This document shows positions 19,841 to 28,942 of a DNA stretch of 64,000 bases, piece after piece. Every line of letters begins with the position of its first letter. Position 1 is the first letter of the stretch. Both the position numbers and the translations under genes were made by a program. Source of the DNA: an uncultured bacterium (lineage in GTDB: Bacteria; AUK180); assembly GCA_937863565.1 (NCBI GenBank), contig CALMGJ010000031.1, positions 1-64,000 of the forward strand. The letters are read 5' to 3'. Under the pieces are notes generated by a model. It did not search any database, was not told where the DNA came from, and saw nothing but the letters and a program-made list of their open reading frames with translations.

Positions 19841-20535
19841 AATCTTTTCAACCTTCTCAGGATCTCTTTATAACTTTCCATTACATTCCCCATGCCTTTC
19901 CTGAATCTTTCCTTGTCTAGCATCTCGCCTTTTTTATCCCAAAGCCTGCATGAATCCGGATCTATCTCGTCGCTTAGGACGATCCTGCCTTTTTCATTGA
20001 AACCGAATTCGATCTTAAAATCAACGAGAGTTATCCCGGCTGCCCGGAATGCGGTTTTTAATACGTCATTTATTGCAATTGCAAGCTTCTCCATTTTCTC
20101 GAAGTCTTCTCTTCTGCAGACCTTAAGAAGTTCGGCTATCCGGGGAGAGATCGGCGGATCATCCCTTGCGTCATCTTTATAAAAGAACTCGACAAGAGGT
20201 TCGGAGAACTTAAAACCTTCTTTGAAGTTATATCTTTTAAGTATACTTCCATACGCAATATTTCTAACTACTACCTCAATCGGTATCATTCTCACGTCAG
20301 AAACTTCGATCAGGTCTTTTCCTGCTCTTCTTTTGAAGGCCATGGGGATCCTTTTCTCTTTCAGTTTTCCAAAAAGGATAGTTGTTATCTCGCAATTGAC
20401 TTCCCCTTTCTCGGCCATGATCTCATGCTTCTTCATATTAAAAGCGGTGATATCGTTCTTAAATTGCAGGAAAAATTTCTTCTTTTTAGGATCGAAGAAC
20501 ACCTTCTTCGTCTTCCCCTCACGAATGAGCTTCAT
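19837..20535 (-). CDS. purC: SAICAR synthetase
   Basis: EGKTK, IPIEVVVRN.AYGS, DFKIEFG, DEIDPDSCRLWD; start moved to ATG 20535. Confidence 0.96.
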   Translation of the reverse strand: MKLIREGKTKKVFFDPKKKKFFLQFKNDITAFNMKKHEIMAEKGEVNCEITTILFGKLKEKRIPMAFKRRAGKDLIEVSDVRMIPIEVVVRNIAYGSILKRYNFKEGFKFSEPLVEFFYKDDARDDPPISPRIAELLKVCRREDFEKMEKLAIAINDVLKTAFRAAGITLVDFKIEFGFNEKGRIVLSDEIDPDSCRLWDKKGEMLDKERFRKGMGNVMESYKEILRRLKRL

Positions 20536-21437
20536 ATGATCTCCCCTATTATTTTTGTTTCCTTCGGCAGTTTTTCGGCTTCCTTTCTGGAACAGACCAC
20601 GGTGAAACCGATGCCCATATTGAATACACTGAACATCTCGTCCTTCGAGACCCCGCAAGCCTGTATACGTTTGAATATCTCGGGAACGGTCCAGTCATAG
20701 TACAGCTTAATACCGAGCCCCTTAGGAATAATTCTTTTGATATTGGAAACAAGTCCGCCGCCGGTGATATGAGCCGCACCCTTGATCGAGCATTTTTCCC
20801 TGGCCCGGGCGATCTTCTTCGCATAGATCCGCGTAGGTGTGAGCAATTCTTCGCTTAAATGGAGTTTTTTCTCCTTTATTAATTTATTTACAAGGGAGTA
20901 ACCGTTGGAATGTATCCCTGATGAAGGAAAACCGCAGATGAGATCGCCCTTTATTATCGTATTCACGGGAAAAAGGTCTTTTATTGTTCCTATCCCTACG
21001 GCAAAACCGGCAAGATCGAAACTCTTTCCGTAAAGAATGGGCATCTGAGCGGTTTCCCCGCCGGAAAGTTCGCAACCGGCCTGTCTACACCCTTCTATCA
21101 CGCCTTTTAAGATATCTTTGAAATGGTGTTCCGGCATGTTCCCGAAACCGATATAATCGAGGAAATACCTGGGAGGGATACCGGAGCAGAGCACATCGTC
21201 AACATTCATAGCCACGAGATCGATACCGACCGTGTCGAATTTCCCGAGTTTTTCGGCCAGCAGCACCTTCGTACCGACGCCGTCGCAAGAAAGAGAAATA
21301 TAGTTATTTTTCCCCATAGGATAAACGGCTGAAAAACCGCCGATCCCGCCTCCTTTTGCCTTCATTAAAGCCTTTATGATCCCCGGTATTCTCTCGGCAA
21401 AATCAAGGTCAACACCGGATTCCCTATATTGCGCCAT
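20532..21437 (-). CDS. purM: AIR synthetase
   Basis: YRESGVD, DGVGTK, GGETA, SSGIHSNGYS, HITGGG, FNMGIG; start ATG 21437. Confidence 0.96.
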   Translation of the reverse strand: MAQYRESGVDLDFAERIPGIIKALMKAKGGGIGGFSAVYPMGKNNYISLSCDGVGTKVLLAEKLGKFDTVGIDLVAMNVDDVLCSGIPPRYFLDYIGFGNMPEHHFKDILKGVIEGCRQAGCELSGGETAQMPILYGKSFDLAGFAVGIGTIKDLFPVNTIIKGDLICGFPSSGIHSNGYSLVNKLIKEKKLHLSEELLTPTRIYAKKIARAREKCSIKGAAHITGGGLVSNIKRIIPKGLGIKLYYDWTVPEIFKRIQACGVSKDEMFSVFNMGIGFTVVCSRKEAEKLPKETKIIGEII

Positions 21438-22788
21438 TTTCGTTCTCCATATGGTAATCTCCCGTGAAGCAGGCATAACAATTATCGTCAGCCTCCTCTC
21501 CGAAAACCTTTTTCAACCCTTCTAAAGACAGATAGTTCACGCTTTCAATGCCGAGGTAATTGGCAATACCCTTCGGATCGTATTTATTCGCGATAAGATG
21601 TCCCCTGTCGGGCGTATCAATACCGAAATAACAGGAGTATTTGATCGGCGGCGAAGCGAGAAAGTAGTGTATCTTCCCAACTTGTCTTTGTTTAAGTATA
21701 ATGATTATCTCTCTTGAAGTTGTCCCTCTAACCATTGAATCGTCGATAAGTGCGATATCCTTACCCTTGATAACATCAAGTACGGGCTGGAGTTTCATAC
21801 GGACAGCATTGACCCTCTCCTCCTGAGTCGGATTGATGAAAGAGCGGCCTATATAGTGATTTCTTATAAGTCCGCGGTCCAAAGGTATTTTGCTCTCATG
21901 AGAAAATCCCAAAGCCGCAGAAAGGCCGGAATCAGGAACCGCGACCACGATATCGGCTTTCAGAGACGGATATTCCAAAGCTAGTTCCTGGCCTATCCGG
22001 TATCTCATCTTATGAACATTCCGGGAAAAAATATTGCTGTCCGGACGGGCGAAATAGATATGTTCAAAAACGCAATGCCTTTTAGCCTTCGATACGGCAA
22101 AAGGAATGAACTCTATCTTACCGTCGCGGTCTATCCTTAAGATATTACCTTCAGGCACTTCTCCAAGATATTCGCCGTTCAGGATATCGATCGCGCTCGT
22201 TTCGGAAGCGATGACATACCCGTCATCGATCTTCCCGTAGACCAAAGGCCGCATCCCGTGAGGATCTCTGATGCCCCAAAGAGCGTCCTTCGTCATAAGT
22301 ACCATAGAGAAGGCACCTTTTATTTCATTCAGCGTTTCTTTCAGTGCTTCAAGAAAAGGTGATCTCTTCCGTGCAAGAAGATGTATAATGAGCTCGGTAT
22401 CGGAATTCCCCTGAAAAATGGACCCCGCTTTCCTCAATTCAGAGAAGAGCGGTTTAAAATTGACCAGATTTCCGTTATGAGCCATTGCAACGGGGCCGTA
22501 ATTCGTCTGGGCGAATATCGGCTGGGCATTCGCGATATTCGAATCCCCTGCCGTTTTATACCGCACATGGCCTATGCCGATGAAGCCTTTGTCCTTATGT
22601 TTTTCGATCTCCATAAGTTCTTTAGCATAGCCCATTTTTTTGTATATCCAGAACTCCTGACCATCGAAAAGCGAAAGCCCCGAACTCTCTTGTCCCCTGT
22701 GCTGAAGAGAGAATAGCGCAAGGTATACTTTTTTATAAAGATCGGGGAAATCACCTATCAGGCCCGCTACACCGCAGTATTCTCTCAT
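21424..22788 (-). CDS. purF: Amidophosphoribosyltransferase
   Basis: N-terminal CG, QHRGQES, GHVRY, HNGN, YFARPDS, DDSMVRGTT; Fe-S Cys residues retained. Confidence 0.97.
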   Translation of the reverse strand: MREYCGVAGLIGDFPDLYKKVYLALFSLQHRGQESSGLSLFDGQEFWIYKKMGYAKELMEIEKHKDKGFIGIGHVRYKTAGDSNIANAQPIFAQTNYGPVAMAHNGNLVNFKPLFSELRKAGSIFQGNSDTELIIHLLARKRSPFLEALKETLNEIKGAFSMVLMTKDALWGIRDPHGMRPLVYGKIDDGYVIASETSAIDILNGEYLGEVPEGNILRIDRDGKIEFIPFAVSKAKRHCVFEHIYFARPDSNIFSRNVHKMRYRIGQELALEYPSLKADIVVAVPDSGLSAALGFSHESKIPLDRGLIRNHYIGRSFINPTQEERVNAVRMKLQPVLDVIKGKDIALIDDSMVRGTTSREIIIILKQRQVGKIHYFLASPPIKYSCYFGIDTPDRGHLIANKYDPKGIANYLGIESVNYLSLEGLKKVFGEEADDNCYACFTGDYHMENENGAI

Positions 22789-24908
22789 TGGAAATGCTCC
22801 CCGAATGTATTGAAATACGCTTCGGTCAATACACGGCGGTCGAGCGTCATCCCGTTCACGCTGATCTCCTTTTCTTTAATATTGCCGATATGACATAGTG
22901 TGAATGCCGAAAAAGCGTGCAGAAAGGCCTTTTCACAGGCTTTTTCCACTTCAGCTATGACGATACCCGGACCTTCGGCAAAAAGGTCCTCTAAAGAAGC
23001 ATCCATGATCTCAAAGCCGAATTCCCTTTGAAGCGCCATCTTGAATATGCCCGTAAAGGTGCCTCCTCTCGGCTGGACCCTTACGGAATCCATAAGATGC
23101 CCGTGTTTCTTGAACGTTCTTATGAAAAGTTCGAGTTTATTTTTATCGAATTCCGGAACAAATGCATAGGGCGCCGTTTCCATTTCCTTTGAGTATACCG
23201 AAGGAGAAAGGGTTTTCGAAGATAATTCAATGGTGTAGATCAATCCGTTCAAGTTCCTGAAGGCTGCCGGTCTCTTCTTCGAGTGATTTTCGGAAAGTCC
23301 TACCATGCCGATCTCAAGAAGCGGTTTCACTGCTCCGGTCTCGTTCTCATTGTAAAAACTCACATTCCCGGAGATGACCGGCACATTCAGCGTTTTTGCA
23401 GCTTCGTTCATCCCTTCTACGGAAGCATTGAACTGGAACATGATCTTCGGATCTTCGGGATTGCCGAAATTGAGGCAATCAGTGATCCCGATGGGTTCGA
23501 ACCCGAGAAGAAGATGCTCGAGGAAAGCCCGGGCGACTGTGGCATAACCGCCTTTAAAGGGGCTTATTTCCACATATTCCTCAAGGCCGAGACAGGATAT
23601 GGAGAGCGCTTTTCTTGTTTTTTCCACCCTCAGAACGGCCGGGCCGTCCCCCGGGCATTTTAAAGTATCGCACCCCACCCGCGAATCATATTGCTCGTAT
23701 ATCCAATGTTTGGAGTTTACAAGGTCGGACGATAAGATTTTTACGAATGTATCGGGAACCGCATTCGATCTTACAGGTGCGGCCTCTCCGGATTCCTTTG
23801 AATATTCCTCCGATGCCGCATTGGCAGGCGGTATGTTCTCCAGAAGGATATAAAGGGGGATATCCGCTACGGGTTCACTGCCACTTTTAAGGACCAGTGA
23901 TCTTTCCTTGATGACCTTGCCTATCACCGCCCATTCTATCTCATTTTTCTCGAGTATCGCGGTCACCTTGCCGAGATTCTTCGGATTAACGACCGAAAGC
24001 ATCCTTTCCTGGGTTTCGGAGAGCATCATCTCGTAAAATGTCACGTCATCCTGCCTCAGAGGGACAAGAGAAAGGTCCATCTCCATACCGACCCCGCCTC
24101 TGGCGGCCATTTCCACCGAAGAGGAAGTAAGACCCGCAGCCCCCATATCCTGCATCGCAACAAGAAGCCCCTTTTCAGCCAATTCCATACAGGCCTCGAT
24201 GAGTTTTTTTTCTTCAAAGGGATTCGCGATCTGAACGCTGGGCCTTTGTTTCTTCGATTCCTCATTGAGTTCATCGGATGCGAATGTAGCTCCGTGAACG
24301 CCGTCTCTCCCTGTCCTCGAGCCGAAATAAAGCACAAGATTACCTTCGCCTCTCGCCACTCCTCTTACCAGAGAACTTTTCTTCCCGATGCCGAGGGCAA
24401 AGACATTCACAAGGCAGTTCACGCTGTAGGACCGGTCGAACTGCGTCTCACCCGATATAGTCGGCACGCCCACGGAATTACCGTAGTCGGAAATGCCTTT
24501 CACAACTTCCTCAAGAAGATGCCTTGAGCGTTGTTCGCTCATCGGGCCGAACCGGAGAGGGTCCGCGCTCGCGACAGGCCTTGCTCCCATTGTGAATATA
24601 TCTCTCAGTATCCCGCCAACGCCAGTGGCGGCCCCCTGATAAGGTTCTATGGCGGAAGGATGATTGTGAGATTCCATTTTAAAGGCAGTGAAATACCCGT
24701 TCCCGATATCGAGAATGCCGGCATTCTCACCTTCGCCGATGAGCTTCCGTTTAGACGTAGAGAACAATCTCCTTAATGTCGGTTTCGAGGTCCTGTAGCT
24801 GCAGTGTTCCGACCACATCACGGAAAAGATCCCTGCTTCGACTTCGTTGAGCGGTCTTCCCAGCCTTTCCTCAATAACCGTTCTGTCTTTCTGCTTCAGG
24901 TCTGACAT
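22785..24908 (-). CDS. purL: FGAM synthase subunit PurL (small type)
   Basis: WSEHCSY, ESHNHPS, GAATGVGG, DMGAAG, SETQERM, SGNVSFYN. Confidence 0.97.
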   Translation of the reverse strand: MSDLKQKDRTVIEERLGRPLNEVEAGIFSVMWSEHCSYRTSKPTLRRLFSTSKRKLIGEGENAGILDIGNGYFTAFKMESHNHPSAIEPYQGAATGVGGILRDIFTMGARPVASADPLRFGPMSEQRSRHLLEEVVKGISDYGNSVGVPTISGETQFDRSYSVNCLVNVFALGIGKKSSLVRGVARGEGNLVLYFGSRTGRDGVHGATFASDELNEESKKQRPSVQIANPFEEKKLIEACMELAEKGLLVAMQDMGAAGLTSSSVEMAARGGVGMEMDLSLVPLRQDDVTFYEMMLSETQERMLSVVNPKNLGKVTAILEKNEIEWAVIGKVIKERSLVLKSGSEPVADIPLYILLENIPPANAASEEYSKESGEAAPVRSNAVPDTFVKILSSDLVNSKHWIYEQYDSRVGCDTLKCPGDGPAVLRVEKTRKALSISCLGLEEYVEISPFKGGYATVARAFLEHLLLGFEPIGITDCLNFGNPEDPKIMFQFNASVEGMNEAAKTLNVPVISGNVSFYNENETGAVKPLLEIGMVGLSENHSKKRPAAFRNLNGLIYTIELSSKTLSPSVYSKEMETAPYAFVPEFDKNKLELFIRTFKKHGHLMDSVRVQPRGGTFTGIFKMALQREFGFEIMDASLEDLFAEGPGIVIAEVEKACEKAFLHAFSAFTLCHIGNIKEKEISVNGMTLDRRVLTEAYFNTFGEHFQ

Positions 24909-24909
24909 A

Positions 24910-25584
24910 TCACTTCAGGATGTTCTTTATTATCGATCTTATCACCTTTATCCCTCCGGTTCCGAGAAATTCATCGGATACCCTTTCGAAATGCGGCATC
25001 AGCCCCATTATATGCCCCGTATCGTCAATGATGCCCGCAATGTTCTGAAAACTCCCGTTGGGATTGCTTTTTACCGTGACCTCGCCATTTTTATCGCAGT
25101 ATCTGAAAACTACATTATTGCCGACAGTTTCACCGAGCGGAGTATAATTACCCGTGGTATGGGCGATCGGCATCTCAACGAGATCGCCTTTCCTGAAACA
25201 GGACGTGAAGGGCGTTTCATTGTTCTCTACTCGAAGCGTGACCATGCGTGAGATGAATTTCTTGGAAGTGTTCTTGAGAAGGAAACCGGGCAGCAATTTA
25301 GCCTCGGTGAGCATCTGGAAACCGTTGCAAATACCTACGACATAGCCCCCGTTCCTGATGAAAGCCGGAATAGCGCGGAATAGTTCGGAATGTATGGCAA
25401 TTGCCCCTGTTCTAAGGTAATCTCCGAATGAAAAGCCGCCGGGGAGTATGAGAAGGCGGACACCGGTGAGATCGCTCTTCCGATACCAGATATAATCGGT
25501 ATTTTTAATACCGTTGTGTTTCAGGGCGTAAAGCGCGTCCCTGTCGCAATTCGTACCCGGAAAAACCGCGATCCTTACTTTCAT
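24910..25584 (-). CDS. purQ: FGAM synthase glutaminase subunit
   Basis: FPGTNCD, PGGFSFGDYLR, GICNGFQ, NPNGS, MPHFER; start ATG 25584 behind a GGAG RBS. Confidence 0.96.
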   Translation of the reverse strand: MKVRIAVFPGTNCDRDALYALKHNGIKNTDYIWYRKSDLTGVRLLILPGGFSFGDYLRTGAIAIHSELFRAIPAFIRNGGYVVGICNGFQMLTEAKLLPGFLLKNTSKKFISRMVTLRVENNETPFTSCFRKGDLVEMPIAHTTGNYTPLGETVGNNVVFRYCDKNGEVTVKSNPNGSFQNIAGIIDDTGHIMGLMPHFERVSDEFLGTGGIKVIRSIIKNILK

Positions 25585-25642
25585 ATCTCCTTCCTTGGGA
25601 TACTGCAAAAAGTGAAACAAAGCTTAGTTTATTCCGAAATGA

Positions 25643-25671
25643 ATTATAGCATGTTACGGATTTTTAATCAA
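25643..25671 (-). promoter_or_regulatory. Sigma70 promoter of the pur-pyr cluster (TTGATT-17 bp-TATAAT, extended -10)
   Basis: -35 at 25671-25666; -10 at 25648-25643 preceded by TGC. Confidence 0.72.
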
Positions 25672-25718
25672 GGGGATTTTTCGGGGTTTTTTGTGTATTT
25701 TATAGCTTTTTCCCGTTT

Positions 25719-25767
25719 TTCACCTTTCATTCTTCATTATTCACTGTTCACTATTCGTTATTCACTG
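25719..25767. repeat. Seven degenerate tandem heptamers (consensus TTCAYTN)
   Basis: ttcacct ttcattc ttcatta ttcactg ttcacta ttcgtta ttcactg. Confidence 0.8.
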
Positions 25768-26896
25768 TGTCCCGCCTCGCCGTTCCCGCTATAAAAGCCG
25801 TCAACATCGCTATTTCCGTGTCGAAAATATTATATTCGAAAAATCCTGTCACAGCGCAGGCAATAAACGCCGCAAGGATGCCGGCGGCAGCGATATCGGG
25901 ACCCTTCTTTAAAAGATCGATCGGCAAAGATATAAAAACAAAAATGTAAAAAAGATATCCGATTGCTCCCGGAATACCGAGCGCGACAAGAAGATGAACG
26001 GGGACATTGTGAAGATGCCTGAGCTTTTGCGAATAAGTGAATTCGGAGAGCTCTCCCCTGTCCTTTTCCATGGTGAGCCTGATATTGTTGGGGCCGATCC
26101 CTGTCAGGGGCTTTTTAGAGAAATGATCCAATCCCCATCTCCAGAGTTCGAGCCTGAGGGAATTCGTCTTGACGGCAGTCGAAAATGACGAGAAGAACGT
26201 TTTACTGAAGCGTGAAGGGACTATGACAAAGGCAAGCATGATGACAACGGCCATGATGCCGATGAATTTCAGATTCCTGTATAGAATGGAAAAACATAAA
26301 AAACCTGCGAGGAATCCGAACCAGGAAGCCCTGGACCGTGAAAGAAGAAGGCCGGCAAAGATGATCGCGGCGGTTATGTATAGCGGGATACTGCGGGGTT
26401 TTCTCGCTATCAGTGCGGCATTGAGAAAGAACACCATCGCCATCATGCATCCGTAGGAAATAGAATGTCCTGTCGTCGATTTCAATTTGAAAGCGTTGAA
26501 AGGCTGCTCATAGATCACAAGATCGCGAAATAACGAAAAAAGCGTGATCGCAGCAGCCGAATAAACGAGCAGTTCCCTCAGCTCTTCCTTCTCATCGTTC
26601 CCGGTAAGAGCATAAACGGGAACGAAGATCAGAAACCAGAGAGGGTCCCTGAATTTTCTGAGGGAGTTCAACGGATACTCGGAAAAAGCCGCCGAAAGAG
26701 CGTACGCGGCATAGAAAAAAAGCATTAAGGCGCAGAAGTATTTCACATATCGGTCAGCGGCTATTTCCTGTCTGAAAAAGTACGCAGCGGCAAGAAGAAG
26801 AAATACGGAAAACTGCGTTACCGAGATGGAAACGACAGCGAACAGCGCAAAAAGGGCGGCGGAAAAAAATATGAAGCGCCGCCGCTCAACCTTCAT
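25751..26896 (-). CDS. O-antigen ligase (Wzy_C) family membrane protein
   Basis: Multi-TM protein; LLLSRSRASW, RLELW, PLTGIGPNN, HLHNV...LGIPG. Confidence 0.88.
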   Translation of the reverse strand: MKVERRRFIFFSAALFALFAVVSISVTQFSVFLLLAAAYFFRQEIAADRYVKYFCALMLFFYAAYALSAAFSEYPLNSLRKFRDPLWFLIFVPVYALTGNDEKEELRELLVYSAAAITLFSLFRDLVIYEQPFNAFKLKSTTGHSISYGCMMAMVFFLNAALIARKPRSIPLYITAAIIFAGLLLSRSRASWFGFLAGFLCFSILYRNLKFIGIMAVVIMLAFVIVPSRFSKTFFSSFSTAVKTNSLRLELWRWGLDHFSKKPLTGIGPNNIRLTMEKDRGELSEFTYSQKLRHLHNVPVHLLVALGIPGAIGYLFYIFVFISLPIDLLKKGPDIAAAGILAAFIACAVTGFFEYNIFDTEIAMLTAFIAGTARRDTVNNE

Positions 26897-27809
26897 TCTT
26901 CATCGTCTTTCTGAAAAATTCCAGATCGGGGTCCTGCTCCATGGCTTTTATATATTTTTCCGAAAGGTACGGTTTAGCCTGACGGTACCAAAGCGAGACA
27001 TTGACCTCATCCTTCGTTACCGAGAATATGCAGATGATATTGTAATAGGCGGAAGGATCGTCGCTCTTTATGAAAAGCACATTCTTGTAAAACTGCATGG
27101 CTTTTTTATAATCCTTTTTCTGATGGTAGAATACGCCAAGATTATTAAGAAAACTCGTTTCCTTGGGAGAATCCTTTACTGCATTCTCAAGATATGCTAT
27201 CGCATCGTCAAGCTTCCCGTTCTTGTACATGCTGAGGGCTTTTTTATTGATAAGGTTCTTCGCCGCTTTATTGAGTTTATCCGGAAGCTCCTCTTTTACG
27301 ATCTCGGGAGGTATCGTCATTTCCGCCATCACCTCTTCAGTGATCTCGGTCCTCTTCTCTAAATTATTAAGATCAATGCTCAAGCCCTTTTCATATGTAT
27401 TCCCGTCATACGAGACCTTGCCGTCGACGATATCGATCTTTCCGCTCTCATAGAACGCCCTTCCCTCGGCGAATGAGCAATCCTTCTCGTTAACGCGGAC
27501 CGGGATTTTAATGGAATCTATGAAGAAGCGGCCCTTTTTAATGATCATATAATTCTCATCATAGAAGAACTCGGAACCGGCATAGATCTCCATAAGCGAG
27601 ATGTCATCTCCGATAACGGATTTGGAGGCGGTGTTCACCTCAAGTATATCGCCGGGGAGAAGCATGAGCCCTGTTGAATCCTTATTGAGTTCTATCATTC
27701 CCTCGGAACCCTGCTGCTTGAGCAGAATGGAACCTTCTATTTCAAGGATGTTCACAGCGAATGACGCCGCCGAAATAATCACCGCAAGCAGGATCATGAA
27801 CTTTTTCAT
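26886..27809 (-). CDS. Exported protein with a FecR-like N-terminus and C-terminal TPR repeats
   Basis: Signal peptide; 'IEGSILLK...LLPGDILEV' FecR-like beta region; TPRs (LNNLGVFYHQ, YYNIICIFS...DPDLEFFR). Confidence 0.7.
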   Translation of the reverse strand: MKKFMILLAVIISAASFAVNILEIEGSILLKQQGSEGMIELNKDSTGLMLLPGDILEVNTASKSVIGDDISLMEIYAGSEFFYDENYMIIKKGRFFIDSIKIPVRVNEKDCSFAEGRAFYESGKIDIVDGKVSYDGNTYEKGLSIDLNNLEKRTEITEEVMAEMTIPPEIVKEELPDKLNKAAKNLINKKALSMYKNGKLDDAIAYLENAVKDSPKETSFLNNLGVFYHQKKDYKKAMQFYKNVLFIKSDDPSAYYNIICIFSVTKDEVNVSLWYRQAKPYLSEKYIKAMEQDPDLEFFRKTMKNEG

Positions 27810-27827
27810 AGTCCTCTCCGGGTTATT

Positions 27828-28472
27828 CTACCGGGAAGCTCCGGCTTCTTCGTGCCCTTCGCAGCATTTTCCTTCCTTCCCATGTTCGGCGCATCCGCAT
27901 TCGCACTCTGATATTTTAATGAACTTCCCTATGCCTGAAGCTGAAATGTGAAGAAGCACCATCATTACGGTGCCGAAAGCCACCATCGAAAGAAGGAAGA
28001 CGAGACCGCCGAGGAAACCCTGATCGAACCTTCTTATGAACATGAACGGCATATTGAGAAGGACCCTTCCGGCCTGTTCGCCGGCGAACCAGATGAAAAT
28101 AGCCCCGGCAATGCCGAGAACGACATTGATGCAGGCATAGATATCGCCGGTAAGCTTAGCGAGGATCTTTAAAATCCGGAGTTTATCCCATCTGCATTTT
28201 CCCGTATCCTTTATCTGTCCCGTTCTGATCACAACGATATGGGCCAGCATATACAAGCCTACCAGGAATATCAGCTGGAATAGAATGCCTCCGATAACAG
28301 CATCCGCCTTGGCAAAATCGAAAATGGTCTTCCAGGACTGTATCCACATGATCACGCCCATGAGAACGGCCAGGACTGTAAGGCAGAACAGAAGCCCTCT
28401 TACCACTTTCTTGAAATTCTCCTTATCCGAGATCCATTCCATGAAACCTTTCATGAAGAAAAGTTTTTCCAT
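27828..28472 (-). CDS. Hypothetical membrane protein (about 4 TM) with a Cys/His-rich tail
   Basis: Hydrophobic segments; C-terminus ECECGCAEHGKEGKCCEGHEE; GGAGG RBS. Confidence 0.7.
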   Translation of the reverse strand: MEKLFFMKGFMEWISDKENFKKVVRGLLFCLTVLAVLMGVIMWIQSWKTIFDFAKADAVIGGILFQLIFLVGLYMLAHIVVIRTGQIKDTGKCRWDKLRILKILAKLTGDIYACINVVLGIAGAIFIWFAGEQAGRVLLNMPFMFIRRFDQGFLGGLVFLLSMVAFGTVMMVLLHISASGIGKFIKISECECGCAEHGKEGKCCEGHEEAGASR

Positions 28473-28482
28473 ATATCCTCCT

Positions 28483-28908
28483 TTACGATCTTATTTTGAA
28501 CCAAACAGCGAGCCCGAGGCCTCCGTACCATTCGAAGCCGGGATTATCGATCAGATTGTATGCCGGAGATAGTTCTCCGAAAAGAATAAGATTCCTTCCA
28601 AGCCAGAATTTTATGCCGAGCGGGAATTTAATGCCCATCTGGAAATTTTCTTCGTAATGCGAGAATATGCCTATCCCGAAATACATCGGAAGTATGTTCT
28701 TGTTGCCGAAATCGATCTTGAAAGGGATCTCATAAGCGAGATGCAGCGAATAGGCGCCTTCGAAAGGCCTCTGATAACCTGCTTCGAGGTGGATCCTGTT
28801 GATCTTCAGGGAAAGCCCGCTGGGGCGGCCAATGATCACTCCGAGCTCGACAGAGGATGCAGATGAGAGTAAAAGCAGTAAGACCGTTAAGCAGAATATC
28901 CTCTTCAT
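28483..28908 (-). CDS. Small exported protein, probable outer-membrane beta-barrel (DUF3996-like)
   Basis: Signal peptide; LGVIIGRPSGLSLK start; alternating amphipathic strands; ends GLGLAVWF. Confidence 0.6.
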   Translation of the reverse strand: MKRIFCLTVLLLLLSSASSVELGVIIGRPSGLSLKINRIHLEAGYQRPFEGAYSLHLAYEIPFKIDFGNKNILPMYFGIGIFSHYEENFQMGIKFPLGIKFWLGRNLILFGELSPAYNLIDNPGFEWYGGLGLAVWFKIRS

Positions 28909-28913
28909 GCAGA

Positions 28914-28941
28914 ATTATACCTCTTTTCCCGTTAAAATCAA
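28914..28941 (-). promoter_or_regulatory. Sigma70 promoter (TTGATT-16 bp-TATAAT), probably giving a leaderless mRNA
   Basis: -35 at 28941-28936, -10 at 28919-28914, ATG at 28908. Confidence 0.55.
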
Positions 28942-28942
28942 T

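Noticed and set aside
25719-25767. Possible CRISPR array
   Set aside because: 7-bp tandem units without spacers, and no cas genes in the window
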